Part shown: positions 8,881 through 19,412 of the stretch, in pieces
How the letters are laid out: every line of letters starts with the position of its first letter
Numbering within the stretch: position 1 is the first letter of the stretch
Assembly (NCBI GenBank): GCA_021787395.1
Contig: JAJYLZ010000011.1
Span: 2,196-66,195, forward strand
Reading direction: 5' to 3'
Length of the DNA stretch: 64,000 nucleotides
From: Chloroflexota bacterium
GTDB lineage: Bacteria; Chloroflexota; Limnocylindria; Limnocylindrales; CSP1-4
Translations under genes and position numbers: made by a program
Notes under the pieces: generated by a model
Told to the model about the DNA's origin: nothing
Databases searched by the model: none
The model's input: only the letters and a program-made list of their open reading frames with translations

Positions 8881-9515
8881 CGGGGCCACCGCCCGGGCGC
8901 CCCTTCCCGAGGGACCTGCTCGCCGCCGATTCGCTGGCCGCGGCGCGCGCCCTGCTCGGCGCCCGGCTGGTCCGGGAGGCGGACGAGCCCGGGGGGCAGC
9001 GCCGCCGCGGCCGCATCGTCGAGGTGGAGGCCTACATCGGGCTGGACGACCGCGCCTCGCACGCCCGCATGGGCCCCACGCCGCGCAACCGCGTCATGTT
9101 CGGCCCTCCGGGGATCGCCTACGTGTACCTTGTCTACGGCATGCACCACTGTCTCAACGTCGTGACCGAGGCCGGCGGACGCCCGGCGGCCGTGCTCGTG
9201 CGCGCGGTCGCACCGGAGGAGGGCCTCGACGCCATGCGGGCCGGTCGCGGCGGCTCGACCGTCCCCCCGCACCGCCTCGCGTCCGGCCCGGGGTGCGTCG
9301 GCGCGGCCTTCGGCGTGGACCGGTCGTTCACCGGCATGGACCTGTGCGACCCGGCCTCGCCGCTCCACCTCGAGCCCGCGCCCCCCGACGAGCCCGCGCC
9401 CCAGATCGCGGCCGGGCCCCGCATCGGCATCGCCTACGCGGGCGAGCCGTGGACCAGCCGCCCGTGGCGGCTCGCGGTGGCCGGAAGCGCGTCCGTCAGT
9501 CGGCGGATGGCCTGA
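8877..9515 (+). CDS. mpg: DNA-3-methyladenine glycosylase (Mpg/AAG family)
   Basis: LLGARLVRE...GRIVEVEAYIG..D.ASHA...PTPRN.VMFGPPGIAYVYLVYGMHHCLNVV is the AAG-family signature. GTG 8877 overlaps the cvpA stop. Confidence 0.85.
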   Translation: MTGPPPGRPFPRDLLAADSLAAARALLGARLVREADEPGGQRRRGRIVEVEAYIGLDDRASHARMGPTPRNRVMFGPPGIAYVYLVYGMHHCLNVVTEAGGRPAAVLVRAVAPEEGLDAMRAGRGGSTVPPHRLASGPGCVGAAFGVDRSFTGMDLCDPASPLHLEPAPPDEPAPQIAAGPRIGIAYAGEPWTSRPWRLAVAGSASVSRRMA

Positions 9516-9516
9516 C

Positions 9517-11916
9517 GTGGACGCCCGCTCCATCGCGCTGCTCGAGTTCCCGCAGGTCCGCGACCGCCTCGCCGAGCACACCTCGTTCGACCCCTCGCGG
9601 CGCCTGGCCGAGGCGCTCGTCCCGTCCTCCGACCCCGTCATCGTGGGCCGCGGCCTCGACGAGACGGACCAGGCTCGGGCGCTGCTCTCCGAGCGGCCCG
9701 GCGTGGGCATCGGCGGCGCCAAGGACATCGAGCCGCTGGTCGGGCGGGCGGTCCGCGGCGGGCGCCTGGAGCCCCTGCAGTTCATCGACGTCGTGGACAC
9801 GCTCGATGCGGTCGTGCGCCTCCAGACGGCGATCGCCGACGACCGCCGGGCCCTGATCCGCGACCTGGGCCGGCGCCTCCACCCGCTGCCGGCCCTGCGC
9901 TCCACGCTGGCGCGCAGCTTCGACCCCGCGGGCGAACTGCTGGACACCGCCTCGCCGCGCCTGGGCGCCCTTCGGGGGACCGTCCGCATCGCGTACGACC
10001 GGCTCCGGCGGCGGCTCGACTCGCTGGTCACCTCCGAGCTGGGCAGCGCGCTCCAGGAGCCGATCGTCACGCTCCGCAACGGACGCTACGTCGTGCCGAT
10101 CCGCGCCGAGGCCCGGAGCCGGGTCAAGGGCATCGTCCACGACGCGTCGGGGAGCGGGGCGACGCTGTTCGTCGAGCCGCTGGTGGTGGTCGAGCTCGGC
10201 AACGCCTGGCGCGAGGCGCAGGCCGCGGTCGAGGAGGAGGAGGCCCGCATCCTCGACGAGCTCTCGGCGCTCGTGGCCGCCAACGCGACCCTGCTGCGGG
10301 AGTCGCTCGGGGCGCTCGCCCAGTTCGACTTCTGGGCGGCCAAGGCGCAGCTCGCCAGCGAGATGGACGGCGTCCGCGCCGAGACTGCCGACCGCACCGA
10401 GGTCGTCCTCCTCTCGGCGCGCCACCCCGGGCTCACCGGGCGGGTCGTCCCGATCGACATCCGCCTCGGCGACGGCTACACCGCGCTGGTGATCACCGGG
10501 CCGAACACCGGCGGCAAGACGGTCACGCTGCGCACCCTCGGCCTGCTGTCCCTGATGCACCAGGCTGGGCTGCACATCCCGGCCGCGGCGGGCTCCCGGC
10601 TGCCGGTGCTCCGCGACGTGTTCGCGGACATCGGGGACGAGCAGTCGATCGCCCAGTCGCTGTCCACCTTCTCCGGCCACCTGCGCTCGATCATCCGGAT
10701 CGTCGAGCACGCCGGGCCGGGAACGCTGGTCCTGCTCGACGAGCTGGGCGCGGGCACCGACCCCACCGAGGGCTCGGCCCTGGCGCAGGCGCTCCTGGAC
10801 CACTTCATCCGGTCCGGGGCGCTGGTGGCCGCCACCACGCACTACGCGGAGATCAAGGTCTACGCCCACGAGACCCCGCAGGCGCGCAACGCCTCGGTCG
10901 CGTTCGACCTCGAGACGCTCTCGCCCACCTACCGGCTCACCATCGGCCTGCCCGGCGGCAGCCAGGCCTTCGCCATCGCGGAGCGCCTCGGCCTCCCCGA
11001 GGCGATCGTGGCCGACGCGCGCAGCCGCCTCACCGAGAACCAGCGGGCGTTCGAGTCCACGCTGGCGTCCATCCGCCGGCAGGAGGACGAGATCGCGGTG
11101 GCCGTCGAGCGGGCCCGGGCCGCCGAGGCCAAGGCGGCCGACGCGCTGCGGACGGCCGAGGACGAGCGACGGCGCGCCCGGCGCGAGCGGGACGAGGCCG
11201 TGCGGGCGGCCCGCGACGAGGCGCAGCGGCTGGTGGACCAGCTGCGGGACGACGTGGCCGCGATGCGCCGCAAGCTGGAGCGGGAGACGGTCACGGCGCC
11301 GGCCATCGACGCGGCGCTCGCCCGGGCGGACCAGACGCTCGGGCGCCTGCCGGGTCCGACGCCCGAGGCGGACCGGTCGGCCGCCCCGGCGCCGCCGCAT
11401 GCATGGCGGCTGGGCGAGCGGGCGCGGAGCCGGAGCGGCGGCTGGGAGGGGAGGATCGCGGCCCTGGAGAAGGCGGGGACGAGGGCAACCCTCGAGGCCG
11501 GCGGGCTGCGCGTCTCGGTCTCCGTGGACGACCTCGAGCCCGCGATCGGCCCGGTCGGCGCCGCCGCGGGGGGCGGATCGGGTGCCGCCGGTGCTGCCGG
11601 CGCGCGGCGGCCACCCGCGGCGAGCGTGGAGCCCGCCTCCGGGATCACCTCGATGCGGCTTCAGCGGGCGCGTTCGGTGGCCTCGTCGCTCGACCTGCGC
11701 GGCGCCAGGGTGGACGAGGCGCTCGAGGCGCTGTCGCGCTACCTCGACGACGCATCGCTGGCCGGCCTCGATCAGGTGACCGTGATCCACGGCCTCGGGA
11801 CGGGGGCGCTCCGCGACGCGGTCCGCGCGCTCGCCGGATCGCACCCGCTGGTCCGGGGCTTCCGCGCCGGCGAGCGCGGCGAGGGTGGCGACGGCGCGAC
11901 GATCGTGCGGCTCTAG
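9517..11916 (+). CDS. mutS2: Endonuclease MutS2 (MutS domain V ATPase plus C-terminal Smr)
   Basis: ITGPNTGGKTVTLRTLGL Walker A, LVLLDELGAGTDP, and a C-terminal Smr region (LDLRGARVDEALEAL...VIHGLGTGALRDAV). Confidence 0.95.
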   Translation: MDARSIALLEFPQVRDRLAEHTSFDPSRRLAEALVPSSDPVIVGRGLDETDQARALLSERPGVGIGGAKDIEPLVGRAVRGGRLEPLQFIDVVDTLDAVVRLQTAIADDRRALIRDLGRRLHPLPALRSTLARSFDPAGELLDTASPRLGALRGTVRIAYDRLRRRLDSLVTSELGSALQEPIVTLRNGRYVVPIRAEARSRVKGIVHDASGSGATLFVEPLVVVELGNAWREAQAAVEEEEARILDELSALVAANATLLRESLGALAQFDFWAAKAQLASEMDGVRAETADRTEVVLLSARHPGLTGRVVPIDIRLGDGYTALVITGPNTGGKTVTLRTLGLLSLMHQAGLHIPAAAGSRLPVLRDVFADIGDEQSIAQSLSTFSGHLRSIIRIVEHAGPGTLVLLDELGAGTDPTEGSALAQALLDHFIRSGALVAATTHYAEIKVYAHETPQARNASVAFDLETLSPTYRLTIGLPGGSQAFAIAERLGLPEAIVADARSRLTENQRAFESTLASIRRQEDEIAVAVERARAAEAKAADALRTAEDERRRARRERDEAVRAARDEAQRLVDQLRDDVAAMRRKLERETVTAPAIDAALARADQTLGRLPGPTPEADRSAAPAPPHAWRLGERARSRSGGWEGRIAALEKAGTRATLEAGGLRVSVSVDDLEPAIGPVGAAAGGGSGAAGAAGARRPPAASVEPASGITSMRLQRARSVASSLDLRGARVDEALEALSRYLDDASLAGLDQVTVIHGLGTGALRDAVRALAGSHPLVRGFRAGERGEGGDGATIVRL

Positions 11917-11943
11917 GCTCCGGGCGGCTCCGGGGCGGGCCGG

Positions 11944-11961
11944 GTCCCCGCGGGCGGGGAC
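11944..11961. terminator. Short GC hairpin between convergent mutS2 and the PBP gene
   Basis: GTCCCCGCGGGCGGGGAC is a palindrome. There is no U-tract on either strand. Confidence 0.25.
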
Positions 11962-11974
11962 GGCCGTGCGGCCG

Positions 11975-14737
11975 CTACGGCTTGCCCTTCGACGGCGTCG
12001 GGGCGGGGATCTGGAACGGGGTCGGCGTGGGGGTCGGCACCGGCGCCGACGGCGGGCCAGACGGCTGGTCCGACGGGCAGGGCGAGGCGGGGTCGAAGGA
12101 GATGCAGAACGTGGGCGGCGGCGTCACCGGCACCACCGGGCACATCTTGGTCGGGGCGAACGAGCCGCCCCACGTCGTGCCGAACGGGAAGAAGCCGCTG
12201 CCGTAGAAGTACGAGGTCGCCGTGCCCTTCGGGCCTCCCCGGACGCCGGAGCCGCGGGCCGCGCGCGCCTGCCACGCGATGTCCGCCTGCTGCCAGGTCG
12301 GATACGCCGCCTCGATCTGGCTGTAGTCGATGAACGACTTGGCCACCTGCGGCCCGGCGCAGCCGTCCTGCCAGAGGAGACCGCTGGCGGCGTCGATCTG
12401 GAGCGTGACCGTGGTGTTGCCGCTCGAGGTGGGCGCCGTCCCGGGCAGGTAGAGCTCGTTGATCGTCTTGGTGGTGGTCGGTCCGGGCAGCATCCCCGTG
12501 AACGCGTCCACGGTCTTCGTCACCAAGTCGGGCGGCTCCACGCGGCTGAACGACTCGATGGGCAGTCCCTTGGCGACCTCCGACATGATGGCCGACCACA
12601 GGGGCGCCGACGAGTCGAGCGACAGCGAGCCGGTCGGCGAGTTGTCGGAGTTGCCCATCCAGACGCCGACCACGAGGCCCGGCAGGTTGGGGTCCGACGG
12701 CGGCGGGAGGTAGCCGTCGGCGAGCACGTCGCGGGTGTCCTCGGTGGTGCCGGTCTTGTACGCGGCGGGACGGACCTTGCTGCTGGTCACGCCGTCGGTG
12801 ATCCGCCACTTGCCCCAGAACGGGTTCACGTTCGGCTGGGTGTTGCCGGCCAGGATGTCGGTGATGATGTACGCGGTCTCCCGCGACACCACCCGCTTCC
12901 CGGCCATGGACACGCCCGGCTGGGGCCACACCTGCAGGCCGTCGGGCCCGATGACCTTGAGGATGGTGTGGCGGGGCATGAGCACGCCCCCGTCCGCGAG
13001 CGTGCCGAAGGCGCTGATCATGTCGATCGGGTGGACCAGGAGCGTCCCGATGCTCTCCGACGGCACCGCGTACGTGTTGGGGGGATAGGTGATCCCGAAG
13101 TCCTGGGTCCGCTGGAGCTGGTGGTCGAGGCCGTTGAGGAAGCCCGCCTTGATCGCCGGGACGTTGAGCGAGAACTCCAGCGCCTGGCGCAGCCGCACCG
13201 GGCCCCGCTCGAGGTGGTCGGCCTGGGTGGGCAGGTAGGGCGCCTGGCCGGCCAGCGCGAAGTTGGTGACCACGTCCATGAACACGGTGGACGCGGTCAG
13301 CGTGTGGTCCTCGATGCCGATGGCGTAGTCGATCGGCTTGATCGAGGAGCCCGACTGCCGGAAGCCGTCGCTCAGCACGTCGAACTGGGGCTGGAACTTG
13401 CTGTTGCCGCTGGTCGCGTACTCGTTCCCCGACCCCGAGTAGGCCAGCACCTCACCCGTCCGGTAGTCCATCACGCCCGCCGCGGCGTTGTGGATGTTGT
13501 CCTGGGTCAGGCCCCTGATCCAGGCCCACTCCGAAGACGGGATCTTCTGCTGCTTGAGCAGCGCCGTCGGGTTGGAGGAGTTCGGGATCATGGTGGCGGC
13601 ATAGAGCCACTTGTCGACGGTCTGCTGCATCGACCAGTCGAGCGTGGTGTAGACCTTGTAGCCGCCGGTGTCGATCTTGTCGCAGGTCGTGGAGCCGCAG
13701 ATGAGCTGGGCGAGCTCGTCGCGCACCTGCCACACGAACTGGGGCGCCTTCCACGACGGAGGCGTCTGCGGGGCGAGGACCACCGGCTCCTGCTGCGCGG
13801 CCGCGATCTCGGCGGCCGTGTAGTGGCCGAGGGACGCGTTGGTGAGCATCAGCTGCAGGATGTAGTTGCGCCGCTGGACGATCGGCCGGTCGGGCGGCAC
13901 CACCAGCTGGGTCAGCACGTTGCCGCGGGCGTCCTTCTTGGGCTTGCCGTTGGCGTCGAGCACCGGCTCCGCGACCGCGTTCGAGACCAGGTCGTAGGTG
14001 GTGGGCGACTTCGGGATGCCCGCCAGGAGCGCCATCTGGGCGAGCGTCAGCTGGTCGAGGCTCTTGTTCCAGTAGCTCTTGGCGGCCGCCGCGACGCCGT
14101 AGCTGCGGTTGCCGTAGAAGTTCTGGTTGAGGTAGTCCTGCATGATGATCTGCTTGCCGGCCAGGCCCGGGTAGGCCTGCGTCAGGCGGATCGACTGGAT
14201 GATCTCCTTGGCCTTGCGGATGTAGCGGTCGCCGTTGAGCACGTCCTGCGGCAGCAGGCGCGCCCGGACCAGCTGCTGAGTGATGGTGGAGCCGCCGCGG
14301 TCGTTGCCGCTGATGGTGGCGAGCGTCGCCGAGACGAAGCCGCCGATGTCGAAGCCGGGGTTCTGCCAGAAGGTGTGGTCCTCGATCGAGGTCGTCGCGT
14401 CGATGAGGGCGACCGGGATGTCCTTGAACTGGACCACGTCGCGCCGGTCGGTGCCCAGCTTGGCGAGCTCCACGTTGCCGGTCCGGTCGTAGACGACGGT
14501 CTGGGACGTGAAGGTCAGCTTGCCCGGGTCGAGCGCCGAGCTGGGGTCGGGGAGGCCCTGGGCGAGCCACTGGTAGGTCCCCACCGCGGCCACCGCGGCG
14601 CCCGCGCCGAGCAGCAGGAAGACGCCGAACAGCAGGGCGGGGATGGCGACAAGCGTGGCCCGCATCGTGCCGCTGCCGCGGCGCCGACGCGCTCCCTGGC
14701 GGCGGTGCCGCTGCCGCCGGGCGAGGCTGTTTCGCAT
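11975..14737 (-). CDS. Class A penicillin-binding protein (transglycosylase/transpeptidase) with a Pro-rich C-terminal tail
   Basis: GT51 motifs (IEDHTFWQNPGFD, GGSTITQQLV, RKAKE). Transpeptidase SxxK (GSSIKP), SxN (FSLNVPA) and KTG (YKTGTT). Start chosen at ATG 14737 (MRNSLARRQRH... then a TM helix). The track start 14956 would overlap tyrS. Confidence 0.9.
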   Translation of the reverse strand: MRNSLARRQRHRRQGARRRRGSGTMRATLVAIPALLFGVFLLLGAGAAVAAVGTYQWLAQGLPDPSSALDPGKLTFTSQTVVYDRTGNVELAKLGTDRRDVVQFKDIPVALIDATTSIEDHTFWQNPGFDIGGFVSATLATISGNDRGGSTITQQLVRARLLPQDVLNGDRYIRKAKEIIQSIRLTQAYPGLAGKQIIMQDYLNQNFYGNRSYGVAAAAKSYWNKSLDQLTLAQMALLAGIPKSPTTYDLVSNAVAEPVLDANGKPKKDARGNVLTQLVVPPDRPIVQRRNYILQLMLTNASLGHYTAAEIAAAQQEPVVLAPQTPPSWKAPQFVWQVRDELAQLICGSTTCDKIDTGGYKVYTTLDWSMQQTVDKWLYAATMIPNSSNPTALLKQQKIPSSEWAWIRGLTQDNIHNAAAGVMDYRTGEVLAYSGSGNEYATSGNSKFQPQFDVLSDGFRQSGSSIKPIDYAIGIEDHTLTASTVFMDVVTNFALAGQAPYLPTQADHLERGPVRLRQALEFSLNVPAIKAGFLNGLDHQLQRTQDFGITYPPNTYAVPSESIGTLLVHPIDMISAFGTLADGGVLMPRHTILKVIGPDGLQVWPQPGVSMAGKRVVSRETAYIITDILAGNTQPNVNPFWGKWRITDGVTSSKVRPAAYKTGTTEDTRDVLADGYLPPPSDPNLPGLVVGVWMGNSDNSPTGSLSLDSSAPLWSAIMSEVAKGLPIESFSRVEPPDLVTKTVDAFTGMLPGPTTTKTINELYLPGTAPTSSGNTTVTLQIDAASGLLWQDGCAGPQVAKSFIDYSQIEAAYPTWQQADIAWQARAARGSGVRGGPKGTATSYFYGSGFFPFGTTWGGSFAPTKMCPVVPVTPPPTFCISFDPASPCPSDQPSGPPSAPVPTPTPTPFQIPAPTPSKGKP

Positions 14738-14831
14738 GACTGGTGGACGATACCATGCAGGTGATGAACACCCGATCCCCCGGGCCGGGCCGGAGCGCAG
14801 ACGCTCCCGGCACCGACCTTGTGACGCACCC

Positions 14832-16139
14832 GTGACCGCCGCCCCGGACCCGGCGCCCGGCCTGCCCGGCCTGCTCGACGACCTGGAGTGGCGCGGCATC
14901 CTGCACGCGGCCACGCCCGGCCTCCGCGAGCGCCTGGCCACCGGACGCCCGATCACCGCCTACAACGGGTTCGACCCGTCGGCCGACTCCCTGCACGTCG
15001 GCCACCTCATCCCGATCCTGGGGCTGATCCGGCTCCAGCAGCGCGGCGGGAAGCCGGTCGCCCTGGTCGGCGGCGGCACCGGCATGATCGGCGACCCGTC
15101 CGGGCGGTCGTCGGAGCGCAACCTGCTCGACGCGGAGACGCTGGCGCGCAACGTCGCGAGCATCCGCGCCCAGCTCGAGTGGTTCCTCGACTTCTCCCCG
15201 GGGCCCGTCCAGGCGGTCATGGCCAACAACTACGACTGGCTGGGCCAGCTGTCCCTGATCGACTTCCTGCGCGACGTCGGCAAGCACTTCACGGTGCCGT
15301 ACATGCTGGCCAAGGACTCCGTCCAGCAGCGTCTCGAGCGGGGGCTCTCGTTCACCGAGTTCTCCTACATGACGCTCCAGGCGTTCGACTTCGCCACCCT
15401 GTACCGCGACTACGGCGTCGAGATGCAGCTGGGCGGCGCCGACCAGTGGGGCAACATCACGGCCGGCCTGGAGCTGATCCGGCGGACCTCCGGCGGCGGG
15501 GCCGAGGTGAGCCCCGCGCACGGGATGGCCTACAAGCTCCTGCTCGCGCCGTCGGGCGCCAAGTTCGGCAAGAGCGAGGCCGGCGAGTCGGTGTGGCTCG
15601 ACCCGGCGCGCACGACGCCCTACGCCTTCTACCAGTACTGGCTCAACCTCGACGACCGGGACGTGCCGACGTACCTGCGCTGGTTCACGATGTGGCCGCG
15701 CGAGCGGATCGGCGCGCTCGAGACGGCCATCGCCGAGCGGCCCGACGCCCGCGAGGCCCAGCGCGAACTGGCCCTCGACGTCACGGCCCGCGTCCACGGC
15801 GAGGCCGAGGCGCGCGCGGCGGTCGCGGTGTCGGAGGCCCTGTTCCAGCGCGAGCCGGTGGCCGACCCCGCGCTGCTCGCCCGGATCCACGCCGCGACGA
15901 ACGGCCCGGACGCGACCCCGGACGCGGTGGCGGGCGGGCTGGCGGCGCTGCTCGCGGAGACCGGCCTCGCCGCGTCGAGGAGCGAGGCCAGGCGACTGAT
16001 CTCCGGCGGCGCCATCACCGTCAACGGCCAGCGGATCGCCGACCAGGGCGCCGCCGTGCCGGACCCGCTGGACGGCGCCTGGCTCGAGGTCCGCGTGGGC
16101 AAGCGGCATCGGGCGGTCGTCCGGGTGACCCGCGGCTGA
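14832..16139 (+). CDS. tyrS: Tyrosyl-tRNA synthetase
   Basis: GFDPSADSLHVGHL (HIGH), GGADQWGNI, KFGKSE (KMSKS) and a C-terminal S4-like domain. GTG 14832 is chosen because it gives a typical length. Confidence 0.9.
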   Translation: MTAAPDPAPGLPGLLDDLEWRGILHAATPGLRERLATGRPITAYNGFDPSADSLHVGHLIPILGLIRLQQRGGKPVALVGGGTGMIGDPSGRSSERNLLDAETLARNVASIRAQLEWFLDFSPGPVQAVMANNYDWLGQLSLIDFLRDVGKHFTVPYMLAKDSVQQRLERGLSFTEFSYMTLQAFDFATLYRDYGVEMQLGGADQWGNITAGLELIRRTSGGGAEVSPAHGMAYKLLLAPSGAKFGKSEAGESVWLDPARTTPYAFYQYWLNLDDRDVPTYLRWFTMWPRERIGALETAIAERPDAREAQRELALDVTARVHGEAEARAAVAVSEALFQREPVADPALLARIHAATNGPDATPDAVAGGLAALLAETGLAASRSEARRLISGGAITVNGQRIADQGAAVPDPLDGAWLEVRVGKRHRAVVRVTRG

Positions 16140-16190
16140 TCGACGGCTGGCCGGGGCTGAGCGCCGCCGCCACGGGCCCTCGCGCAGCGG

Positions 16191-16598
16191 TCAGCTGGCG
16201 AGCTCCCAGCAGTGGCCGCTGGGGTCGGCGATGGTCACCGTGCGCGGGCCCCACGGGCGGTCGACGGGGCCGTTGAGGATCCGGACGCCGAGCGAGCGCA
16301 GGTGGCTCGCGAACTCGTCCACGTCCTCGACCTCGAGCGTGAGCATCATCCGCGCCGGCGTCCCCGACGGGCCGACCGCCACCGGCTCGACCAGCTCCGG
16401 GGCGGACGAGGCGAGCAGCAGGTTCACGACCATGTTCGGGAAGCGGTAGGCGATCGAGTCCTTGTCCTTGTGGACCAGCGGCATGCCGAACACCTCGTGG
16501 TAGAAGCGCTCGGTCTGATCGAGGTCGTCCACGAACAGCGTGATCGCGAACAGCTGCTTCGTGCGCGCGCTCGGCGAGATCGCGTCGTTGCCCGCCAT
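16191..16598 (-). CDS. VOC/glyoxalase-bleomycin resistance family protein
   Basis: 135-aa protein with FAITLFVDDLDQTERFYHEVFG...DPSGHCWEL, a typical VOC fold signature. It lies 13 nt downstream of hisIE. Confidence 0.7.
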   Translation of the reverse strand: MAGNDAISPSARTKQLFAITLFVDDLDQTERFYHEVFGMPLVHKDKDSIAYRFPNMVVNLLLASSAPELVEPVAVGPSGTPARMMLTLEVEDVDEFASHLRSLGVRILNGPVDRPWGPRTVTIADPSGHCWELAS

Positions 16599-16611
16599 CG
16601 GTCGACTCCCT

Positions 16612-17343
16612 TCAGCGGCCGCCCGGGCGTCCGTGGCGCTCCTGGAGGACCCCGATGACGTCCGCGGGGGCAAGGCCCCGCTCCGCGAGCAGCACAAGGG
16701 CATGGTAGGCGAGGTCGGCGGCCTCGCCAGCCAGCAGACGGCCTGTTTCGGTGCGGTCGGCTTTCGCTCGTTCGGCGGCCTCGTCGTTCTTCGCGGCGAG
16801 CAGCACCTCCGTCGCCTCCTCGGCGACCTTCCGCCCAGCGAGGTCGACCCCGCCGTCGAGGAGGCGCGTCGTGTAGGAGCCCGGCGGGCGGTGCGCGGCG
16901 CGGGACGCGATCGTCGCCCACAGGCCCTCGAGCCAGGCGAACCCCTGGGGGGCCGGCCCCGCGGCCACGCCGTCGGCGTCGAAGCAGGAGCGGACACCGC
17001 GGTGGCAGGTGGGGCCGGCGGGCTCGACGCCCAGCAGGAGCGCGTCCCCGTCGCAGTCGATGGCCAGCGAGCGCAGGCGCAGGACGTTGCCGGAGGTCTC
17101 GCCCTTGCGCCACAGGCGGCCGCGGGATCGGGAGTGGAAGTGGACCTCGCCCGTGGCCAGCGTCGCGGCCAGCGCCTCGGCGTCCAGCCAGCCGACCATC
17201 AGGACCCGGCCGTCGGCCACGTCCTGGACCACGCCGGCCGCCAGGCCCCCGTCGCCCCACGCTACGCCGTCGGGGCCCGGGCCGGCCGACAGGTCCACCG
17301 GACCGGGCGCCACCGGCCGCGCCGCATCCACCTTGCCGTTCAT
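16612..17343 (-). CDS. hisI: Bifunctional phosphoribosyl-AMP cyclohydrolase / phosphoribosyl-ATP pyrophosphatase
   Basis: MVGWLDAEAL...FHSRSRGRLWRKGETSGN...CDGDALL (HisI) followed by YTTRLLDGG...KV.EEA.E (HisE). ATG 17343 overlaps the hisF stop (TGATG). Confidence 0.9.
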   Translation of the reverse strand: MNGKVDAARPVAPGPVDLSAGPGPDGVAWGDGGLAAGVVQDVADGRVLMVGWLDAEALAATLATGEVHFHSRSRGRLWRKGETSGNVLRLRSLAIDCDGDALLLGVEPAGPTCHRGVRSCFDADGVAAGPAPQGFAWLEGLWATIASRAAHRPPGSYTTRLLDGGVDLAGRKVAEEATEVLLAAKNDEAAERAKADRTETGRLLAGEAADLAYHALVLLAERGLAPADVIGVLQERHGRPGGR

Positions 17344-18137
17344 CACGCCTCCGCCGCCTCGCGCGGCAGCCGCACCGGGAGCCCGGCCGCCGCCATCGCC
17401 GCCTTGACCGCCGCGATCGACCACTCGCGCCGGTGGAAGATGCCCGCCGCCAGCACGGCGTCCGCGCCGCCCTCGCGCACGGCCGCGATGAAGTCGTCGG
17501 GGCCGCCCGCGCCGCCCGATGCGATGACCGGGACCGGGACCGCGCTCGAGATGGCCCGCAACTGCTCGGTGTCGAAGCCGGATCCCGTGCCGTCCCGGTC
17601 GATCGAGGTGACCAGCAGCTCGCCAGCGCCCAGGTCCACCGCGCGCAGGGCCCAGGCGACCGCGTCGAGGCCCACGGGCTGGCGACCGCCCTTGACCACC
17701 ACCTCGAAGCCGGACGGGATCGCGTCGCTGGGCTGGACCCGCCGGGCGTCGATCGCGACCACGACGGCCTGGCTGCCGAAGCGCGCGGCGCAGCGTCGAA
17801 CGAGCTCCGGCTCCTCGACCGCGCGCGTGTTCAGGCTGACCTTGTCCGCGCCGGCCCGGAGCACCGCCCGCATGTCGTCGACGCTCCGGACGCCGCCCCC
17901 CACGGTGAGCGGGATGAACGCCCGCCGGGCGGTCCGCTCGACGATGTCGAGCAGGGTCCCGCGGCCCTCCGGCGCCGCCGAGATGTCAAGGTAGACGAGC
18001 TCGTCCGCGCCCTCGCGCGCGTACCGCTCGGCGAGCTCCGGCGGGTCGCCCTCGTCCTTGAGGTCGACGAAGCGGGTGCCCTTCACCACGCGGCCGTCGG
18101 CGACGTCCAGGCACGGGATGACGCGGCGGCGCAGCAC
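17343..18137 (-). CDS. hisF: Imidazole glycerol phosphate synthase, cyclase subunit
   Basis: [15 protein letters not shown].....GDP...A..Y...GADELV.LDI; the full-length HisF pattern is present. Confidence 0.95.
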   Translation of the reverse strand: MLRRRVIPCLDVADGRVVKGTRFVDLKDEGDPPELAERYAREGADELVYLDISAAPEGRGTLLDIVERTARRAFIPLTVGGGVRSVDDMRAVLRAGADKVSLNTRAVEEPELVRRCAARFGSQAVVVAIDARRVQPSDAIPSGFEVVVKGGRQPVGLDAVAWALRAVDLGAGELLVTSIDRDGTGSGFDTEQLRAISSAVPVPVIASGGAGGPDDFIAAVREGGADAVLAAGIFHRREWSIAAVKAAMAAAGLPVRLPREAAEA

Positions 18138-18139
18138 GG

Positions 18140-18781
18140 CTAGCCGACCTCCCCGGCGACCCGGACCACGTTGGCGATGAGGCGCAGGCCGTCCGCCCCG
18201 GACCGCTCCGGGTGGAACTGGACGCCGAGCAGGTTGCCGCTGGCGACGGCCGAGGTGAACCGGGCGCCGTGCTCCGTCTCGGCCACCACGACGTCCTCGT
18301 CGTCGGGCGCGCCCGCGTACGAGTGCACGAAGTAGAAGTCGGCATCGGGCGCGATGCCCGCGAAGGCCCGGTGGTGCCGGCGGCGCTCCACCTGGTTCCA
18401 GCCGATGTGGGGGAGGGTGGGCGCGCCGTCGAGACGCACCGTGTGGCCGCGGAGGATGCCCAGCGTGCGCGCCTCGTCCTCGTCGCTGGTCTCGAACAGC
18501 AGCTGCAGCCCGAGGCAGATCCCGAGGAACGGGCGGCCGGCGGCGACCCAGTCGAGGATGGCGGGCTCGAACCCGCCGGCGCGCAGGCGCTGCATGGCGG
18601 GCGCCGAGGCCCCCACGCCGGGCACGACCAGCAGGGCCGGGTCGCCGATCTGGTCGGCCCGCTCCGCCCGGTGGGTGACGGCCCCGGCCGCGTCGAGCGC
18701 CTGCTCGATCGACACCAGGTTGCCGGCGCCGTAGTCCACCACGGCGACCGGCACGCGGACACCCTCGGGCAGGGCGCTCAC
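18140..18781 (-). CDS. hisH: Imidazole glycerol phosphate synthase, glutamine amidotransferase subunit
   Basis: [31 protein letters not shown] and FHPE motifs. Confidence 0.95.
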   Translation of the reverse strand: MSALPEGVRVPVAVVDYGAGNLVSIEQALDAAGAVTHRAERADQIGDPALLVVPGVGASAPAMQRLRAGGFEPAILDWVAAGRPFLGICLGLQLLFETSDEDEARTLGILRGHTVRLDGAPTLPHIGWNQVERRRHHRAFAGIAPDADFYFVHSYAGAPDDEDVVVAETEHGARFTSAVASGNLLGVQFHPERSGADGLRLIANVVRVAGEVG

Positions 18782-18785
18782 CGGG

Positions 18786-19412
18786 TCACCCGAGCGATCC
18801 CTTGGTGGACGCCACGCCGGTTCGGCGGGGGTCGGGCTCGCAGGCGGCGCGCATGGCCCGGGCCAGCGCCTTGAACGCGGCCTCGGCCAGGTGGTGGTCG
18901 TTGCGCCCAGCCCCGCGGAGGTGGACCGTGGCGCCGGCGGTGCGGGCGAAGGACTCGAGGGCGTGCTCGACGAGCTGGGTCGGCAGCTGGCCCACGCGCT
19001 CGCCGCGGAACGGCAGGTCGATCACGGCGTAGGGGCGTCCGCCGAGGTCCACCACGGCGGTGGCGAGGGACTCGTCCATGGGCACGGCCGCCTCGCCGAA
19101 CCGGTTGATGCCGGCCCGGCCGCCGAGCGCCTCGGCGAAGGCCGCGCCCAGCACGAGCGCCACGTCCTCGACCGAGTGGTGCTCGTCCACCTCGAGGTCG
19201 CCCTCCGCCCGGAGCGTCAGGTCGAACAGGCCGTGGTGGGCGAACGAGGTGAGCAGGTGGTCGTAGAAGCCGATCCCGGTCCGGACGTCCGCCTGCCCGG
19301 CGCCCGCGACCAGCAGCCGGACGGAGACCCGCGTCTCGCGCGTCTCGCGCGAGACCGTCACCAGGCCGTCCGCCGAGCGGGCGACGTCGATGCTGCCGAG
19401 GGGAGCGGTCAC
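18786..19412 (-). CDS. hisB: Imidazoleglycerol-phosphate dehydratase
   Basis: RETRETRV, TGIGFYDHLL, DEHHSVEDVA and NDHHLAEAAFKA motifs. GTG 19412 overlaps the hisC stop (GTGA). Confidence 0.95.
   Translation of the reverse strand: MTAPLGSIDVARSADGLVTVSRETRETRVSVRLLVAGAGQADVRTGIGFYDHLLTSFAHHGLFDLTLRAEGDLEVDEHHSVEDVALVLGAAFAEALGGRAGINRFGEAAVPMDESLATAVVDLGGRPYAVIDLPFRGERVGQLPTQLVEHALESFARTAGATVHLRGAGRNDHHLAEAAFKALARAMRAACEPDPRRTGVASTKGSLG

Noticed and set aside
11885-16109. 959-aa plus ORF and 885-aa minus ORF overlapping the PBP and tyrS
   Set aside because: They are antisense shadows of genes with clear PBP and TyrRS motifs, and they have no motifs of their own.
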